A DNA stretch of 32,000 nucleotides from Acetobacteraceae bacterium H6797. Lineage in GTDB: Bacteria > Pseudomonadota > Alphaproteobacteria > Acetobacterales > Acetobacteraceae. Where the stretch lies: the NCBI GenBank assembly GCA_015223225.1, contig JADFCQ010000001.1:1047639-1079638 (forward strand), in the 5' to 3' direction. Positions 5,746-15,981 of this stretch are shown here, piece after piece. Numbering within the stretch: the stretch's first letter is position 1; each line of letters begins with the position of its first letter. The notes beneath the pieces were generated by a model. That model was not told the origin of the DNA and did not search any database. It worked only from the letters and a program-made list of their open reading frames with translations. A program made the translations under genes and the position numbers.

Positions 5746-6501
5746 ATGATCGAGGCCTTGGCCCCGGTCTTCGCCGGCCCGCTCGATTTCGCCAGGCACT
5801 GGCTGGAATTGGCCGAGGCGCCTGAGCCCCTGCCCCGGCGGCCGATTGCCCTCTCGACACTGCTCGAGGAAGAGGTGCAGCGGCCGCTCATGGCCCGGCA
5901 TGAGGCGCGCTATCCGGGCGGCGACCGCCGGGCGGCGCTGTCCATGTGGACGCAATACTACTGCGCCCAATACCTCCTCTCCCATCTCGGCGCCTGGCTA
6001 CTGCTGGGGCGGATGCTGCCCTTCCGGCCCGATGACATTGCCGTGCTGGTGCTGGAGGATGGGACGCCGGATGGCTTCCGCCTGCCGCATCTCGGCGCGG
6101 TGGCCGAGGGGCCGGTGGATCTGGAGCCGCTGATCCGCGAGCATCTGGCGCCGCTCTTTCAGTCGCTGCAGCGGCATCACCGCATCGCGCCGCGCGTGCT
6201 CTGGACCAATGCGGCCGTGCGCGTCTCGGCGGCGCTGAACCTGGCGCGCCAGCAGCCTGACGTGCCGCCGTTGCGCCTGCTGGAGGCCGAGGCGCTGCTG
6301 GCCAAGCCGTGCTGGCGCGACGGCAGCCCTAATCCGCTGCATGGCACGCAGTCGCGCGTGGAAGTCGAGGGGGAAATGGTGCTGCGCCGGCGCGTCTGCT
6401 GCCTGCGCTACATGTTGCCCGGCATCGCGGGCTGTGGAGCGACCTGCCCCATAAAAGAGGGGCAGTCGGCTAAGCCGCTGCCCCTTCTTAAGTCAGCATG
6501 A
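5746..6501 (+). CDS. FhuF-like siderophore-iron reductase ([2Fe-2S]-type C-terminal cysteine motif)
   Basis: 251-aa ORF. The C-terminus RRRVCCLRYMLPGIAGCGATCP gives C-C-x10-C-x3-C, close to the FhuF C-C-x10-C-x2-C cluster motif. The body (AALSMWTQYYCAQYLL..., LWTNAAVRV) resembles the FhuF family. No clear SD precedes the ATG. Confidence 0.6.
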   Translation: MIEALAPVFAGPLDFARHWLELAEAPEPLPRRPIALSTLLEEEVQRPLMARHEARYPGGDRRAALSMWTQYYCAQYLLSHLGAWLLLGRMLPFRPDDIAVLVLEDGTPDGFRLPHLGAVAEGPVDLEPLIREHLAPLFQSLQRHHRIAPRVLWTNAAVRVSAALNLARQQPDVPPLRLLEAEALLAKPCWRDGSPNPLHGTQSRVEVEGEMVLRRRVCCLRYMLPGIAGCGATCPIKEGQSAKPLPLLKSA

Positions 6502-6506
6502 GCTGG

Positions 6507-6526
6507 TTGATCCCGTCAGGGATCAA
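6507..6526. terminator. Hairpin shared by the convergent FhuF-like and rplQ genes (possible bidirectional terminator)
   Basis: TTGATCCC gtca GGGATCAA, an 8-bp stem. It lies 6 nt after the FhuF-like stop and overlaps the rplQ stop codon (6523-6525). There is no U-tract on either strand, so the call is tentative. Confidence 0.3.
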
Positions 6527-6954
6527 GCCGCCGGCTGTTCACCCTCAGCGGTCTCGACGACCTGCTTCGGACCGCTGTCCAGGCCCTTAGCGGAGACATC
6601 GCGCTCGACGAGCTCGATGACAGCCATGGAAGCCGCGTCGCCATAGCGGACGCCGGCCTTCAGGACGCGGGTGTAACCACCGTTGCGCTCTTTGTAGCGC
6701 TCAGCAATGGTCGTGAAGAGCTTGTCCACGATCTTCGGATCGCGCACCTGAGCCAGAGCCTGCCGGCGGGCATGGAGGCCACCGCGCTTGCCGAGCGTAA
6801 TGATACGCTCGACATACGGGCGGAGTTCCTTCGCCTTGGGAAGGGTGGTGGTGATCTGCTCGTGCTTCAGGAGGCTCGTCGCCATGCTGCGCAGCATCGC
6901 CAGACGGTGGCTGGCGGTGACGTTCAGCTTGCGGCCTGCAACGCCGTGACGCAT
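6523..6954 (-). CDS. rplQ: 50S ribosomal protein L17
   Basis: 143 aa, [54 protein letters not shown]..., an unmistakable L17. It is the last gene of the alpha cluster after rpoA. Confidence 0.97.
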   Translation of the reverse strand: MRHGVAGRKLNVTASHRLAMLRSMATSLLKHEQITTTLPKAKELRPYVERIITLGKRGGLHARRQALAQVRDPKIVDKLFTTIAERYKERNGGYTRVLKAGVRYGDAASMAVIELVERDVSAKGLDSGPKQVVETAEGEQPAA

Positions 6955-6977
6955 TTTTCTGTTCCTTCAGTTCTTCA

Positions 6978-7014
6978 CCGGGCGGGCCAGATCGCTCGCT
7001 GGCCCACCGCCCGG
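6978..7014 (-). other. Long GC-rich stem-loop in the rpoA-rplQ spacer
   Basis: On the plus strand CCGGGCGGGCCAG atcgctcg CTGGCCC(acc)GCCCGG forms 7 + 6 bp with a 3-nt bulge. It lies immediately after the rpoA stop (7016-7018). It has no U-tract and is followed by AAGGAA and the rplQ ATG. Confidence 0.4.
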
Positions 7015-7015
7015 G

Positions 7016-8032
7016 TCAGAACGGCTCCTCGATCTTCTTCGCCAGTTCCTCGATATTCTCCGGCGGCCAGCCCGACACGGTCATGCCGAGCGAGAGGCCC
7101 ATGGAGGCGAGGACTTCCTTGATCTCGTTCAGAGACTTGCGGCCGAAATTCGGCGTGCGGAGCATTTCCTGCTCGGTCTTCTGAACCAGATCGCCGATAT
7201 AGACGATGTTGTCGTTCTTCAGGCAGTTCGCGCTGCGGACCGACAGTTCCAGCTCGTCCACCTTGCGAAGCAGGTTGCGGTTGAAGGGCAGGTCATCCTG
7301 CACCTCTTCCACCTTGCGCTCGCGCGGCTCATCGAAGTTGATGAAGAGCTGGAGCTGGTCCTGCAGGATGCGGGCGGCCAGGGCCACCGCATCTTCCGGG
7401 GCGACCGTACCATCGGTTTCCACGGTCATGACCAGCTTGTCGAAGTCGGTACGCTGCCCGACGCGGGTCGGCTCGACCTTGTAGGCGACGCGACGAACCG
7501 GCGAGTAGATCGCATCGACGGGGATGAGCCCGATCGGCGCGTCTTCCGGACGATTCTCCGAGGCGGGCACATAGCCCTTGCCCGTCGCGACCGTCAGCTC
7601 CATCGACAGCGTCGCGCCGTCGTCGAGCGTGCAGATCACGAGGTCGGGGTTGGCCACCTCGATGTCGCCGCTGGTCTGAATCTGACCAGCCGTCACCTCA
7701 CCGGGGCCGGTCGCGGTGAGCGCCAGGCGCTTCACGCCGTCGCCCTGCATCCGGATGGCGAGCTTCTTGATGTTCAGGACGATGTCGGTGACATCCTCCC
7801 GAACGCCCTGCAAACTGCTGAATTCGTGCAGCACGCCGTCGATCCGGATGGCCGTGACGGCAGCACCCTGAAGCGACGACAGCAGCACACGACGCAGCGC
7901 GTTGCCGAGCGTCATGCCGAAGCCGCGCTCAAGCGGCTCCGCGATGACAGTCGCAACGCGCGTGGGGTCGGCGCCCGGATCCACCTCCAGCTTGTCGGGC
8001 CGGATCAGCGAGCGCCAGTTCCTCTCGATCAC
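7016..8032 (-). CDS. rpoA: DNA-directed RNA polymerase subunit alpha
   Basis: 338 aa, [17 protein letters not shown]...; GTG start at 8032 with AGGAGA 8 nt upstream. The canonical RpoA N-terminal and C-terminal domains are present ([22 protein letters not shown]). Confidence 0.98.
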   Translation of the reverse strand: MIERNWRSLIRPDKLEVDPGADPTRVATVIAEPLERGFGMTLGNALRRVLLSSLQGAAVTAIRIDGVLHEFSSLQGVREDVTDIVLNIKKLAIRMQGDGVKRLALTATGPGEVTAGQIQTSGDIEVANPDLVICTLDDGATLSMELTVATGKGYVPASENRPEDAPIGLIPVDAIYSPVRRVAYKVEPTRVGQRTDFDKLVMTVETDGTVAPEDAVALAARILQDQLQLFINFDEPRERKVEEVQDDLPFNRNLLRKVDELELSVRSANCLKNDNIVYIGDLVQKTEQEMLRTPNFGRKSLNEIKEVLASMGLSLGMTVSGWPPENIEELAKKIEEPF

Positions 8033-8060
8033 GCGGGGTATCTCCTGTGCGCCAACAGAA

Positions 8061-8465
8061 TCAAACGCGACGCCGCTTGCGCGGACGGCAGCCGTTATGC
8101 GGGATCGGGGTCACGTCGCGGATCGCGGTGACGTAGAAGCCGACGGCCTGCAGAGCGCGCAGAGCGGATTCACGACCCGAACCCGGGCCGCTCACCTCGA
8201 TCTCGAGCGTCTCCATGCCGTGCTCGCGGGCCTTGCGGCCGGCGTCTTCGGCAGCGACCTGGGCGGCATACGGGGTCGACTTGCGGCTGCCCTTGAAGCC
8301 CTGGGCGCCAGCAGACGACCACGCGATGGCGTTGCCCTGGCTGTCGGTGATGGTGACGATGGTGTTGTTGAAGGAAGCCAGCACGTGGGCGACGCCCGAC
8401 GAGATGTTCTTCCGTTCCTTGCGCTTGACGGGGCCGCGGGCGCCGCCACGAGGTTCGCGGGCCAT
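8061..8465 (-). CDS. rpsK: 30S ribosomal protein S11
   Basis: 134 aa, ...[50 protein letters not shown]..., typical S11. Confidence 0.97.
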   Translation of the reverse strand: MAREPRGGARGPVKRKERKNISSGVAHVLASFNNTIVTITDSQGNAIAWSSAGAQGFKGSRKSTPYAAQVAAEDAGRKAREHGMETLEIEVSGPGSGRESALRALQAVGFYVTAIRDVTPIPHNGCRPRKRRRV

Positions 8466-8466
8466 C

Positions 8467-8844
8467 TTACTTGGTCACCTTCTTCTTGCCGGCAATCGGC
8501 ACAGCCTTGCCCTTGCGGGTGCGCGCATTGGTGTGGGTGCGCTGACCGCGGACCGGGAGGCCCTTGCGGTGACGGAGGCCGCGATAGCAGGCCATATCCA
8601 TCAGGCGCTTGATGTTCATCGCGTTCTCGCGACGCAGATCGCCCTCGACCCGGTACTCGCGATCGATCAGCTCACGGATCTTGAGGATTTCCTCGTCCGT
8701 CAGCTGGTTGACGCGGCGGTCTTCGGGGATGCCGAGCTGCTCGCAGATCACCTTCGCGTTCTGCGGACCAATGCCGTAGATATAGCGAAGCGAGATGAGA
8801 ACCCGCTTATTCGTTGGGATGTTTACACCGGCGATGCGCGCCAC
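8467..8844 (-). CDS. rpsM: 30S ribosomal protein S13
   Basis: 125 aa, [26 protein letters not shown]...; GTG start at 8844 with AGGAG about 10 nt upstream. Confidence 0.97.
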   Translation of the reverse strand: MARIAGVNIPTNKRVLISLRYIYGIGPQNAKVICEQLGIPEDRRVNQLTDEEILKIRELIDREYRVEGDLRRENAMNIKRLMDMACYRGLRHRKGLPVRGQRTHTNARTRKGKAVPIAGKKKVTK

Positions 8845-9026
8845 TGTTCATGCTCCTGCGGGACCGAAGTCCTCTGGACTGCTGACGCCCGGAAGTGAGG
8901 CCAGCGAGGTGATCATCCTTGCCCGAGAGACTCGCCTCCGGCGATTCCATCGGAACAAGTAAGGTCGCGGCCCGGCGCAAGTCCGGTCCGCGAGGGGACG
9001 GGGTCTATACCCAGCCGAGACGGACG

Positions 9027-9683
9027 TCAACCCTTCGTGGGGTTGAGGATGGCCTCGATCTGCGCAGAGACGTCATTCATTTCCGCCATACCATCGACCG
9101 TCTTCAGCTTGCCCTGCGCGGCGTAGTAGGGAAGCAGCGGCGCCGTCTGGGCGTGATAGGCGGCCAAGCGGGCGGCGACGGTCTCGGCCTTGTCGTCGGC
9201 GCGGCGGATAAACTCCGTGCTGCCGCAGACATCGCACACGCCCGGCTTCACGGGCGGCTTGAAATGATCATGGTAGCCCATGCCGCATTTGGCGCAGGTG
9301 AAGCGCCCGGCAATGCGATCGACCAGGATGGCGTCGTTCACCTGCAGCTCGATCACATGCTCCAGCTCATGGCCCTGCTCGGCGAGCATCACATCCAGCG
9401 CCTCGGCCTGGGGCACGGTGCGGGGGAAGCCGTCGAGGATGAAGCCCTTGGCGCAATCCGGCTGCGAGACACGGTTGGCGAGCATCGCGGTGATGATCGC
9501 ATCCGGCACCAGGCCGCCCTGCTCCATGATCGCCTTGGCCTCGAGGCCGATCGGGGTGCCGGCGCGCACTTCGGCGCGCAGCATGTCTCCAGTCGCGATC
9601 TGGACGATGCCGAATTTGTCCTCCAGGCGTTTCGCCTGGGTCCCCTTACCCGCACCCGGCGGGCCCAGCAGGATCAGGTTCAT
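9027..9683 (-). CDS. adk: Adenylate kinase (long form with a Cys4 zinc-type lid)
   Basis: ORF 9027..9704 trimmed to the ATG at 9683. [20 protein letters not shown] carries the P-loop. The lid segment [26 protein letters not shown] carries CxxC...CxxC. Confidence 0.96.
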   Translation of the reverse strand: MNLILLGPPGAGKGTQAKRLEDKFGIVQIATGDMLRAEVRAGTPIGLEAKAIMEQGGLVPDAIITAMLANRVSQPDCAKGFILDGFPRTVPQAEALDVMLAEQGHELEHVIELQVNDAILVDRIAGRFTCAKCGMGYHDHFKPPVKPGVCDVCGSTEFIRRADDKAETVAARLAAYHAQTAPLLPYYAAQGKLKTVDGMAEMNDVSAQIEAILNPTKG

Positions 9684-9710
9684 ACTTCCCCCTAAACCTT
9701 CCAAGCGGCC

Positions 9711-9738
9711 CCGCGCGGGTGTTTCCCCTCCCGCGCGG
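9711..9738 (-). other. GC-rich hairpin in the secY-adk spacer
   Basis: CCGCGCGGG tgtttcccct CCCGCGCGG, a 9-bp stem. It lies between the secY stop (9747) and the adk ATG (9683) and has no U-tract. Confidence 0.4.
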
Positions 9739-9746
9739 TTCTCACA

Positions 9747-11102
9747 TCACCGCCCACGGGGATTCCCGCGGCCGCCGAGCCGAGCCTTGCGGATCAGCCC
9801 CTCGTATTGGTGCGCGAACAGATGTGACTGCACCTGCGCCACCGTGTCCATGGTCACAGAGACGATGATCAGCAGGGACGTGCCGCCGAAATAGAAGGGC
9901 ACGCCGTATTTGCTGATCAGGATCTCAGGCAGCAGACAGACGACTGAGATGTAGATGGCACCAACAGCCGTCAGGCGCGTGAGCACCTTGTCGAAATAGT
10001 TGGCGGTGGCCTGACCAGGGCGGACGCCCGGGACGAAGCCGCCATATTTCTTCAGATTGTCCGCCGTCTCCTGCGGATTGAACACGACCGCGGTGTAGAA
10101 GAAGGAGAAGAAGATGATCAACGCGACATAAAGTCCCATGTACAGCGGCTGGCCATGGGCGAGCAGCGCTGCGGTACGGGTGATCCAGGTCTCCTCGGCA
10201 TTGCCGCTGAAGCCCGCGAAGGTCGCCGGCAGCAGCAGGAGCGAGGAGGCGAAGATCGGCGGGATGACGCCCGCGGTATTGATCTTCAGCGGCAGGTGGC
10301 TGCTTTCGCCGCCGAACTGCCGGTTACCGACCTGGCGCTTCGGGTACTGGACGGGAATGCGGCGCTGGGCGCGCTCCACGAAGACCACGAAGGCGATCAC
10401 GGCCAGGGCCGCGATCAGAAAGAAGATAATGAAGGCCGCCGACAACGCGCCGGTACGGCCCAGTTCGAGCGTGCTCGCCAGGGCATGCGGCAGATTGGCC
10501 ACGATGCCGGCGAAGATGATCAGGCTGATACCGTTGCCGATGCCGCGCGCGGTGATCTGCTCGCCGAGCCACATCAGGAACATCGTACCGCCGACCAGCG
10601 AGGTCACGCAGGAGATCCTGAAGAACATGCCGGCTTCGTACACGGCGGGGCCAAACTGGCCCTGCATGCTCTCGAGACCGATGGCGATCCCCCATGCCTG
10701 GAAGATCGCGATCAGCACCGTGAGATAGCGCGTGTACTGGTTCAGCTTCTTCCGGCCCGATTCGCCCTCCTTCTTGAGGGCCTCCAGGCTCGGCACCGCG
10801 GCACTCATCAGCTGCACGATGATGCTGGCCGAGATGTAGGGCATGATGTTCAGCGCGAACACCGTCATGCGCCCCAGCGCACCGCCGGTGAACATGTCGA
10901 ACATGCCCAGAATGCCGCCGCCATGCTGGTTCAGGACCTCGGCCATCACGGCCGCGTCGACGCCAGGGACGGGGATATAGGTGCCAAGCCGATAGATGAT
11001 CAGCGCGCCCAGGGTGAACCACAGACGCTTCTTCAGCTCGGTCGCCTTGCTCAGCACCCCGAGATTCAAATTGGCCGCAAGCTGCTCAGCGGCGGACGCC
11101 AT
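9747..11102 (-). CDS. secY: Preprotein translocase subunit SecY
   Basis: 451 aa, [47 protein letters not shown]..., canonical SecY. GAGGAGG lies upstream of the ATG at 11102. Confidence 0.98.
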   Translation of the reverse strand: MASAAEQLAANLNLGVLSKATELKKRLWFTLGALIIYRLGTYIPVPGVDAAVMAEVLNQHGGGILGMFDMFTGGALGRMTVFALNIMPYISASIIVQLMSAAVPSLEALKKEGESGRKKLNQYTRYLTVLIAIFQAWGIAIGLESMQGQFGPAVYEAGMFFRISCVTSLVGGTMFLMWLGEQITARGIGNGISLIIFAGIVANLPHALASTLELGRTGALSAAFIIFFLIAALAVIAFVVFVERAQRRIPVQYPKRQVGNRQFGGESSHLPLKINTAGVIPPIFASSLLLLPATFAGFSGNAEETWITRTAALLAHGQPLYMGLYVALIIFFSFFYTAVVFNPQETADNLKKYGGFVPGVRPGQATANYFDKVLTRLTAVGAIYISVVCLLPEILISKYGVPFYFGGTSLLIIVSVTMDTVAQVQSHLFAHQYEGLIRKARLGGRGNPRGR

Positions 11103-11120
11103 ACCGGTGCCTCCTCATGA

Positions 11121-11154
11121 CTGCGGCGCCAGGGGGAATCCCGCGGCGCCGCAG
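11121..11154 (-). other. Strong 10-bp GC hairpin immediately upstream of the secY ribosome-binding site
   Basis: CTGCGGCGCC agggggaatcccgc GGCGCCGCAG (all 10 pairs checked by hand). On the mRNA strand it is followed by tcatGAGGAGGcaccggtATG. Confidence 0.45.
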
Positions 11155-11178
11155 CCTAGCCCAATAACTGTGAAGTAG

Positions 11179-11195
11179 CCCTCGGAAGCCGAGGG
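11179..11195 (-). other. Small hairpin just after the rplO stop
   Basis: CCCTCGG aag CCGAGGG, a 7-bp stem. It lies 8 nt downstream of the rplO stop (11204-11206) on the mRNA strand and is followed by ctacttcacagttatt. Confidence 0.35.
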
Positions 11196-11203
11196 TGCAA
11201 GCG

Positions 11204-11689
11204 TCACTCGGCGGCGGCTTCCGCCGAAGCACCGAGCACCGTCACCTTGCCACCAGCCGCTTCGACGGCGGCCACGGCAGCAGCCGAGGCACCCGAGACG
11301 GTGATGGTCACGGCGCGGGAGATCGTGCCCTTTGCCAGGAGGCGAACGCCGGCAAACTTGCTGCCGCTGCTCACCAGGCCCGCCGCCTTCAGCGCGGTCT
11401 CGTCGATCGCGTCAGCCGGGATGCGGCCTTCCTCGATCGCCTTGTCCAGCGCGCCGATGTTCAGCGGCGAGTATTCCTTGCGGAACGGGTTCACGAAGCC
11501 GCGCTTCGGCAGACGCCGGTAGATCGGGAGCTGACCGCCCTCGAACCCGTTCAGCGACACGCCGGTGCGGGCCTTCTGACCCTTGACGCCGCGGCCACCG
11601 GTCTTGCCCTTGCCGGAACCGATACCACGGCCGATGCGCTTGAACGTCGGGCGGGCGCCCTCGTTGTCGCGCAGTTCGTTCAGCTTCAT
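11204..11689 (-). CDS. rplO: 50S ribosomal protein L15
   Basis: 161 aa, [43 protein letters not shown]..., typical L15. Confidence 0.97.
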   Translation of the reverse strand: MKLNELRDNEGARPTFKRIGRGIGSGKGKTGGRGVKGQKARTGVSLNGFEGGQLPIYRRLPKRGFVNPFRKEYSPLNIGALDKAIEEGRIPADAIDETALKAAGLVSSGSKFAGVRLLAKGTISRAVTITVSGASAAAVAAVEAAGGKVTVLGASAEAAAE

Positions 11690-11690
11690 C

Positions 11691-11888
11691 TCAGGCCTCC
11701 GTGGTCTCGCTCACCTTGATCAGGTGAGCGACCTTGCGGATCATGCCGCGCACGGCCGGAGTGTCCTCCAGCGTGCTGCTGCGATGCATCTTGTTGAGCC
11801 CCAGACCGATCAGCGTCTCGCGCTGACCGGGCTTGCGGCCGATGGGCGACCCGACCTGAGTCACCGTCACGGTCTTCTTCTCAGACAT
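11691..11888 (-). CDS. rpmD: 50S ribosomal protein L30
   Basis: ORF 11691..12095 trimmed to the ATG at 11888. [59 protein letters not shown] is typical L30. It overlaps the rpsE 3' end by 8 nt. Confidence 0.95.
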   Translation of the reverse strand: MSEKKTVTVTQVGSPIGRKPGQRETLIGLGLNKMHRSSTLEDTPAVRGMIRKVAHLIKVSETTEA

Positions 11889-12507
11889 TCGCGGCCTCCG
11901 CCTGGTCTTCCTTGCGGGCGCCCAGGATGTCGGCAACCTTCTTGCCACGGCGCTGGGCAACAGCGCGGGGGCTGGTGCAGCGGCCGAGAGCGGCGAAGGT
12001 GGCCTTGACCATGTTGTGCGGGTTCGTCGTGCCGGTGCACTTGGCGACGACGTCGCCCATGCCCAGCGTCTCGAACACCGCGCGCATCGGACCACCCGCG
12101 ATGATGCCCGTGCCGGCCGGAGCCGCGCGCAGGATCACGCGGCCGGCGCCGAAATCGCCGATCACGTCATGGTGGAGGGTGCGGCCCTCGCGCATCGGCA
12201 CACGGATCATCGTGCGCTTGGCGCGTTCGGTCGCCTTGCGAATGGCCTCGGGGACTTCGCGCGCCTTGCCGGCGCCCCAGCCCACGCGGCCCTTCTCGTC
12301 ACCGACCACGACCAGAGCGGCGAAGGAGAAGCGACGGCCACCCTTCACCACCTTGGCGACGCGGTTGATGGTGACCAGCTTGTCCTTCAGATCGTCGCCG
12401 GCTTCACGCTCGGGCTGACGGTTCTGCTCGCGGTCGCGGCCACGGCCACGGCGGCGCTCATTGTCGCCACCCTGCTCGCCACCGGCGTTCCTCGGTTCAC
12501 GTGCCAT
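11881..12507 (-). CDS. rpsE: 30S ribosomal protein S5
   Basis: 208 aa with an Arg/Glu-rich N-terminal extension, followed by [49 protein letters not shown]. Confidence 0.97.
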   Translation of the reverse strand: MAREPRNAGGEQGGDNERRRGRGRDREQNRQPEREAGDDLKDKLVTINRVAKVVKGGRRFSFAALVVVGDEKGRVGWGAGKAREVPEAIRKATERAKRTMIRVPMREGRTLHHDVIGDFGAGRVILRAAPAGTGIIAGGPMRAVFETLGMGDVVAKCTGTTNPHNMVKATFAALGRCTSPRAVAQRRGKKVADILGARKEDQAEAANV

Positions 12508-12518
12508 GCTCGTCCTCC

Positions 12519-12881
12519 TTAGAACGACAGCCCGCCCTCACGGGCGCCGTCCGCCAGGGCCTTGACCCGGCCGTGATAGAGATAGGGCCCGCGGTCGAAG
12601 ACGACCTCGGTCACCCCGGCCGCCAGGGCGCGCTCAGCGACCAGCTTGCCGATGGCGGTAGCAGCCGCCTTGTCGGCACCGGTCTTGAGAGCGTCGCGCT
12701 GCGCCTTCTCGATGCTCGACGCGGCGGCGAGGGTACGGCCCTGCGCATCGTCGATCACCTGAGCATAGATGTGCCGGCCAGACCGGAACACCGAAAGACG
12801 CGGGCGACCGCTGCTCTTGAGCTTCAGCTGGAAGCGCAGGCGAACCCGCCGGCGCTGCTGCAATGAAAGCTTGTCGGCCAT
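12519..12881 (-). CDS. rplR: 50S ribosomal protein L18
   Basis: 120 aa, ...[31 protein letters not shown]...[25 protein letters not shown]. It has a TAATG junction with rplF. Confidence 0.97.
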   Translation of the reverse strand: MADKLSLQQRRRVRLRFQLKLKSSGRPRLSVFRSGRHIYAQVIDDAQGRTLAAASSIEKAQRDALKTGADKAAATAIGKLVAERALAAGVTEVVFDRGPYLYHGRVKALADGAREGGLSF

Positions 12882-13414
12882 TACTTCTTCTTACCCTCCT
12901 TCCGGAGGATGACTTCGTTGTCGTACTTGACCCCCTTGCCCTTGTAGGGCTCGGGACCACGATAGCCACGGATCTCGGCAGCCACCTGGCCGACACGCTG
13001 CTTGTCGGCGCCTTCGACCTTGATCGAAGTCGGCTTCTCGCAGGTGATCTTGATGCCAGCCGGAACCGGATAGCGGATGTCGTGGCTGAAGCCGAGGTTC
13101 AGAACCAGCTCGGAACCCTGCACCGCGGCGCGATAACCCGTGCCGTTGATCTCGAGGGTCTTGCTGAAGCCCTGGCTCACGCCAATGCAGGCACCGTTGA
13201 TGAGGCTGCGGGTGGTACCCCACATGGTGCGAGCGCGACGGTCTTCGCGGCGCGGCTTCACAGCCACTTCGCTACCGTTGATCTCGACGTCCACATCATC
13301 GGTCAGGTCCACGGACAGCTCGCCGAGCTTGCCCTTGGCGACGATCTTGCCGCCCTGCAGCGCCACAGTGACGCCAGCGGGAACGTTGACCGGATATTTT
13401 CCAACGCGCGACAT
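12881..13414 (-). CDS. rplF: 50S ribosomal protein L6
   Basis: ORF 12881..13480 trimmed to the ATG at 13414. [34 protein letters not shown]... is typical L6. Confidence 0.96.
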   Translation of the reverse strand: MSRVGKYPVNVPAGVTVALQGGKIVAKGKLGELSVDLTDDVDVEINGSEVAVKPRREDRRARTMWGTTRSLINGACIGVSQGFSKTLEINGTGYRAAVQGSELVLNLGFSHDIRYPVPAGIKITCEKPTSIKVEGADKQRVGQVAAEIRGYRGPEPYKGKGVKYDNEVILRKEGKKK

Positions 13415-13427
13415 ATTTCGTCTCCCG

Positions 13428-13826
13428 TCAGAACACGCGGCAGAGGACTTCGCCGCCAACATTGGCAGCGCGGGCCTCATTGTCGCTCATCACGCCGCGA
13501 GGCGTGGACAGGATCGAAATACCGAGGCCGTTATAGACCTTCGGGAGCTCCTTGATCTTGGAGTAGACGCGGCGGCCCGGCTTGGACACGCGGCTGATCT
13601 CCTTGATGGCGGGCTCGCCCTCGGAATACTTCAGCTCGATATTGAGCACGCGGACGCCCGGACGAACGTCCTCCGAGCCCCAGGCCCGGATATAGCCTTC
13701 GCGCTTCAGAACCTCGAGCACGTCCGCGCGCAGGCGCGAGGCCGGCGAGGAGATGCGGTTCTGACGGGCGCTCTGGCCGTTGCGGATGCGGGTGAGCAGA
13801 TCGCCCAGCGGATCAGAAAGGGACAT
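13428..13826 (-). CDS. rpsH: 30S ribosomal protein S8
   Basis: 132 aa, [46 protein letters not shown]... Confidence 0.97.
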   Translation of the reverse strand: MSLSDPLGDLLTRIRNGQSARQNRISSPASRLRADVLEVLKREGYIRAWGSEDVRPGVRVLNIELKYSEGEPAIKEISRVSKPGRRVYSKIKELPKVYNGLGISILSTPRGVMSDNEARAANVGGEVLCRVF

Positions 13827-13838
13827 TCAAGCCTCCCC

Positions 13839-14144
13839 TCACCAGCTGGCCTTGGTCAGCCCCGGAATCTGGCCGTTCGAGGCCAGTTCGCGGAGCTGAT
13901 TACGGCTCAGCTTGAACTTGCGGTAATTACCGCGGGGACGGCCCGTCAGCTCGCAACGAAGGCGCACGCGCACCTTGGCACCGTTGCGGGGCAGCTGGGC
14001 CAGCTTGAGGGTCGCCTCGAACCGGTCTTCGACCGGCAGATCGCGATCCATCACCGTCGCCTTGAGCGCAGCGCGCTTGGCGGAGTGAGTCGCCGAGAGC
14101 TTCTCGCGGCGCTTGTTCTTTTCGACAGCCGAAGTCTTGGCCAT
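13839..14144 (-). CDS. rpsN: 30S ribosomal protein S14 (long, non-zinc form)
   Basis: 101 aa, [16 protein letters not shown]...[39 protein letters not shown]. There is no CxxC pair. Confidence 0.97.
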   Translation of the reverse strand: MAKTSAVEKNKRREKLSATHSAKRAALKATVMDRDLPVEDRFEATLKLAQLPRNGAKVRVRLRCELTGRPRGNYRKFKLSRNQLRELASNGQIPGLTKASW

Positions 14145-14195
14145 GCCGTCAATATCCTCCGGAACCTGCAGGCTCGTGCTTGCGGTTTTCCAAGA

Positions 14196-14759
14196 TCAGT
14201 TCTGGAACGGAAGGTCGAACGCCTTGAGCAGCGCCTTCGCTTCCTTGTCCGTCTTCGCGGTCGTCACGAAAACGATGTCCATGCCACGAACCGCGTCCAC
14301 CTTGTCATAGCTGATTTCGGGGAACACGATCTGCTCCTTTAGACCGAGGCTGTAATTGCCACGGCCGTCGAAGCCCCGGTTGCCCGGGATGCCACGGAAG
14401 TCGCGCATGCGGGGCAGCGCGATCGTCACGAGACGGTCGAGAAACTCGTACATCCGCGCGCGGCGCAAGGTCACCTTGCAGCCGATCGCCTGACCCTTAC
14501 GAATCTTGAAGCCCGCGATGGCCTTCTTGGCGAGGGTCTTCACCGGCTTCTGACCGGCGATGACCGTGAGGTCGCCCAGGGCCGCCTCGAGCTTCTTGGA
14601 ATCGCCGGCAGCTTCGCCGACGCCCATGTTGATCACGATCTTGGAGAGCTTCGGAACCTCCATCGGGTTCTTGTAGCCGAACTCCTCGATCAGCTTCTTG
14701 CGCACCGCGTCAGCATAAGCCTGCTGAAGGCGGGGCAGTTCCTTCTGCGTCTCGCTCAT
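14196..14759 (-). CDS. rplE: 50S ribosomal protein L5
   Basis: 187 aa, ...[43 protein letters not shown]... It has an ATGA overlap with rplX. Confidence 0.97.
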   Translation of the reverse strand: MSETQKELPRLQQAYADAVRKKLIEEFGYKNPMEVPKLSKIVINMGVGEAAGDSKKLEAALGDLTVIAGQKPVKTLAKKAIAGFKIRKGQAIGCKVTLRRARMYEFLDRLVTIALPRMRDFRGIPGNRGFDGRGNYSLGLKEQIVFPEISYDKVDAVRGMDIVFVTTAKTDKEAKALLKAFDLPFQN

Positions 14760-15076
14760 GCGTCGATCACCTCGCCCGACGCCTTCGCGACGCGGACCTT
14801 CTTGCCGTCTTCCAGCACCTTGAACCCAACCCGCGTCGGCTTGTCCGACTTCGGATCGATCAGCGCCAGGTTCGACAGCTGGATCGGCGCCTCAACCTTC
14901 TCGATGCCGCCGGCCTGACCCATGCCACGCGGCTTGTTATGCCGCGTCATCACGTTCACGCCCTGCACCACGGCGCGGTTCTCGGTCGGGATGACCCGAA
15001 CGACTTCGCCGCGCTTGCCCTTGTCCTTACCGGTAAGGACCTGGACCTTGTCGCCCTTCTTGATCTTGGCGGCCAT
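14756..15076 (-). CDS. rplX: 50S ribosomal protein L24
   Basis: The ORF-track start at 15082 is a GTG. I prefer the ATG at 15076, which gives [25 protein letters not shown], the usual L24 N-terminus. The start is ambiguous by 2 codons. Confidence 0.93.
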   Translation of the reverse strand: MAAKIKKGDKVQVLTGKDKGKRGEVVRVIPTENRAVVQGVNVMTRHNKPRGMGQAGGIEKVEAPIQLSNLALIDPKSDKPTRVGFKVLEDGKKVRVAKASGEVIDA

Positions 15077-15078
15077 GG

Positions 15079-15447
15079 TCACAGCACCTCCGGCGCCAGC
15101 GAGATGATCTTCATGTACTTCCGGGCCCGCAGTTCACGCACGACGGGGCCAAAAATACGGGTGCCGATCGGCTCGCCCTGCTTGTTGATCAGCACCGCGG
15201 CGTTGTTGTCGAAGCGGATCGCCGTGCCATCGATACGGCGCACCGGGTAAGCGGTACGCACGATCACGGCGCGATGCACCTCGCCCTTCTTCACCTTGGC
15301 GCGGGGAATGGCTTCCTTGACGGAAACGACAATAATGTCGCCGACCGAAGCGGTCTTACGCTTCGAGCCGCCAAGCACCTTGATGCACTGAACCTTGCGG
15401 GCGCCGGAATTGTCGGCGACGTCAAGGTTGCTCTCGGGATGGATCAT
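15079..15447 (-). CDS. rplN: 50S ribosomal protein L14
   Basis: 122 aa, [46 protein letters not shown]... Confidence 0.97.
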   Translation of the reverse strand: MIHPESNLDVADNSGARKVQCIKVLGGSKRKTASVGDIIVVSVKEAIPRAKVKKGEVHRAVIVRTAYPVRRIDGTAIRFDNNAAVLINKQGEPIGTRIFGPVVRELRARKYMKIISLAPEVL

Positions 15448-15462
15448 CTAACGAGATCTCCC

Positions 15463-15753
15463 TCAGACCGAAGCCGGCTCGGCCGACGCGTCGAAGCCAA
15501 CCGGCTTCTCCACGGGCGCGCCATTGCGCGCGATCAGCAGCCAGCTCTTGCGCTTGCTGATCGGGCGGCACTCTTCGATCTGCACGAGATCGCCTTCCTT
15601 CGCCAGGTTGGCATCGTCGTGCGCGGCGTACTTCTTGGAACGCCGGATGAACTTCTTGTACAGCGGGTGCATCACGCGACGCTCGACAAGAACCGTGATG
15701 GTCTTGTCTTGCTTATCGCTGACAACCCGCCCGCTGAGGACGCGCTTCGGCAT
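15463..15753 (-). CDS. rpsQ: 30S ribosomal protein S17
   Basis: 96 aa, [46 protein letters not shown]... Confidence 0.97.
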   Translation of the reverse strand: MPKRVLSGRVVSDKQDKTITVLVERRVMHPLYKKFIRRSKKYAAHDDANLAKEGDLVQIEECRPISKRKSWLLIARNGAPVEKPVGFDASAEPASV

Positions 15754-15773
15754 TGCCGGGGTCTCCTCGTGGG

Positions 15774-15980
15774 TTAGGCTTGTGCGGCCGAGCGGGAGCG
15801 CTCGGTCAGCACGGTCTTAACACGGGCGATATCGCGGCGCACCTGCCGAATACGCGCAACAGCCTCCAGCTGGCCGGTGGCCCGCTGGAACCGCAGGTTG
15901 AACTGCTCCTTGCGGAGGTCCAACAGCATCGCCTTCAGTTCGTCCGAGGTCTTGCCCCGGACATCTGCGATCTTCGTCAT
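15774..15980 (-). CDS. rpmC: 50S ribosomal protein L29
   Basis: 68 aa, [39 protein letters not shown]... Confidence 0.96.
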   Translation of the reverse strand: MTKIADVRGKTSDELKAMLLDLRKEQFNLRFQRATGQLEAVARIRQVRRDIARVKTVLTERSRSAAQA

Positions 15981-15981
15981 C

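Noticed and set aside
4484-5985. ORFs 4484..5659 (+, 391 aa) and 5221..5985 (-, 254 aa), and the long N-terminal extension of ORF 4529..5860
   Set aside because: These are antisense to, or out of frame with, the solute-binding protein gene. The binding protein has a textbook signal peptide starting at the ATG at 5572 with a GGAGG RBS. The extension would also run through the divergent promoter region and into the FhuF-like gene.
8845-9026. 182-nt gap between adk and rpsM where rpmJ (L36) might be hidden; also the absence of rpsD between rpsK and rpoA
   Set aside because: I read the gap on the minus strand and found no L36-like small ORF (no MKVR.S.K..C..C pattern). Absence of rpmJ and rpsD from these clusters, and the presence of adk after secY, is the usual alphaproteobacterial arrangement as far as I know, so it is not an anomaly.
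9757-11148. Near-identical GC motif GGGGA(A/T)TCCCGCGGC at the secY 3' end (about 9757-9772) and upstream of secY (about 11133-11148), which could be read as direct repeats flanking secY
   Set aside because: The match is only ~15 nt in a very GC-rich genome. One copy is coding (…GRGNPRGR) and the other is a hairpin loop. This is most likely chance.
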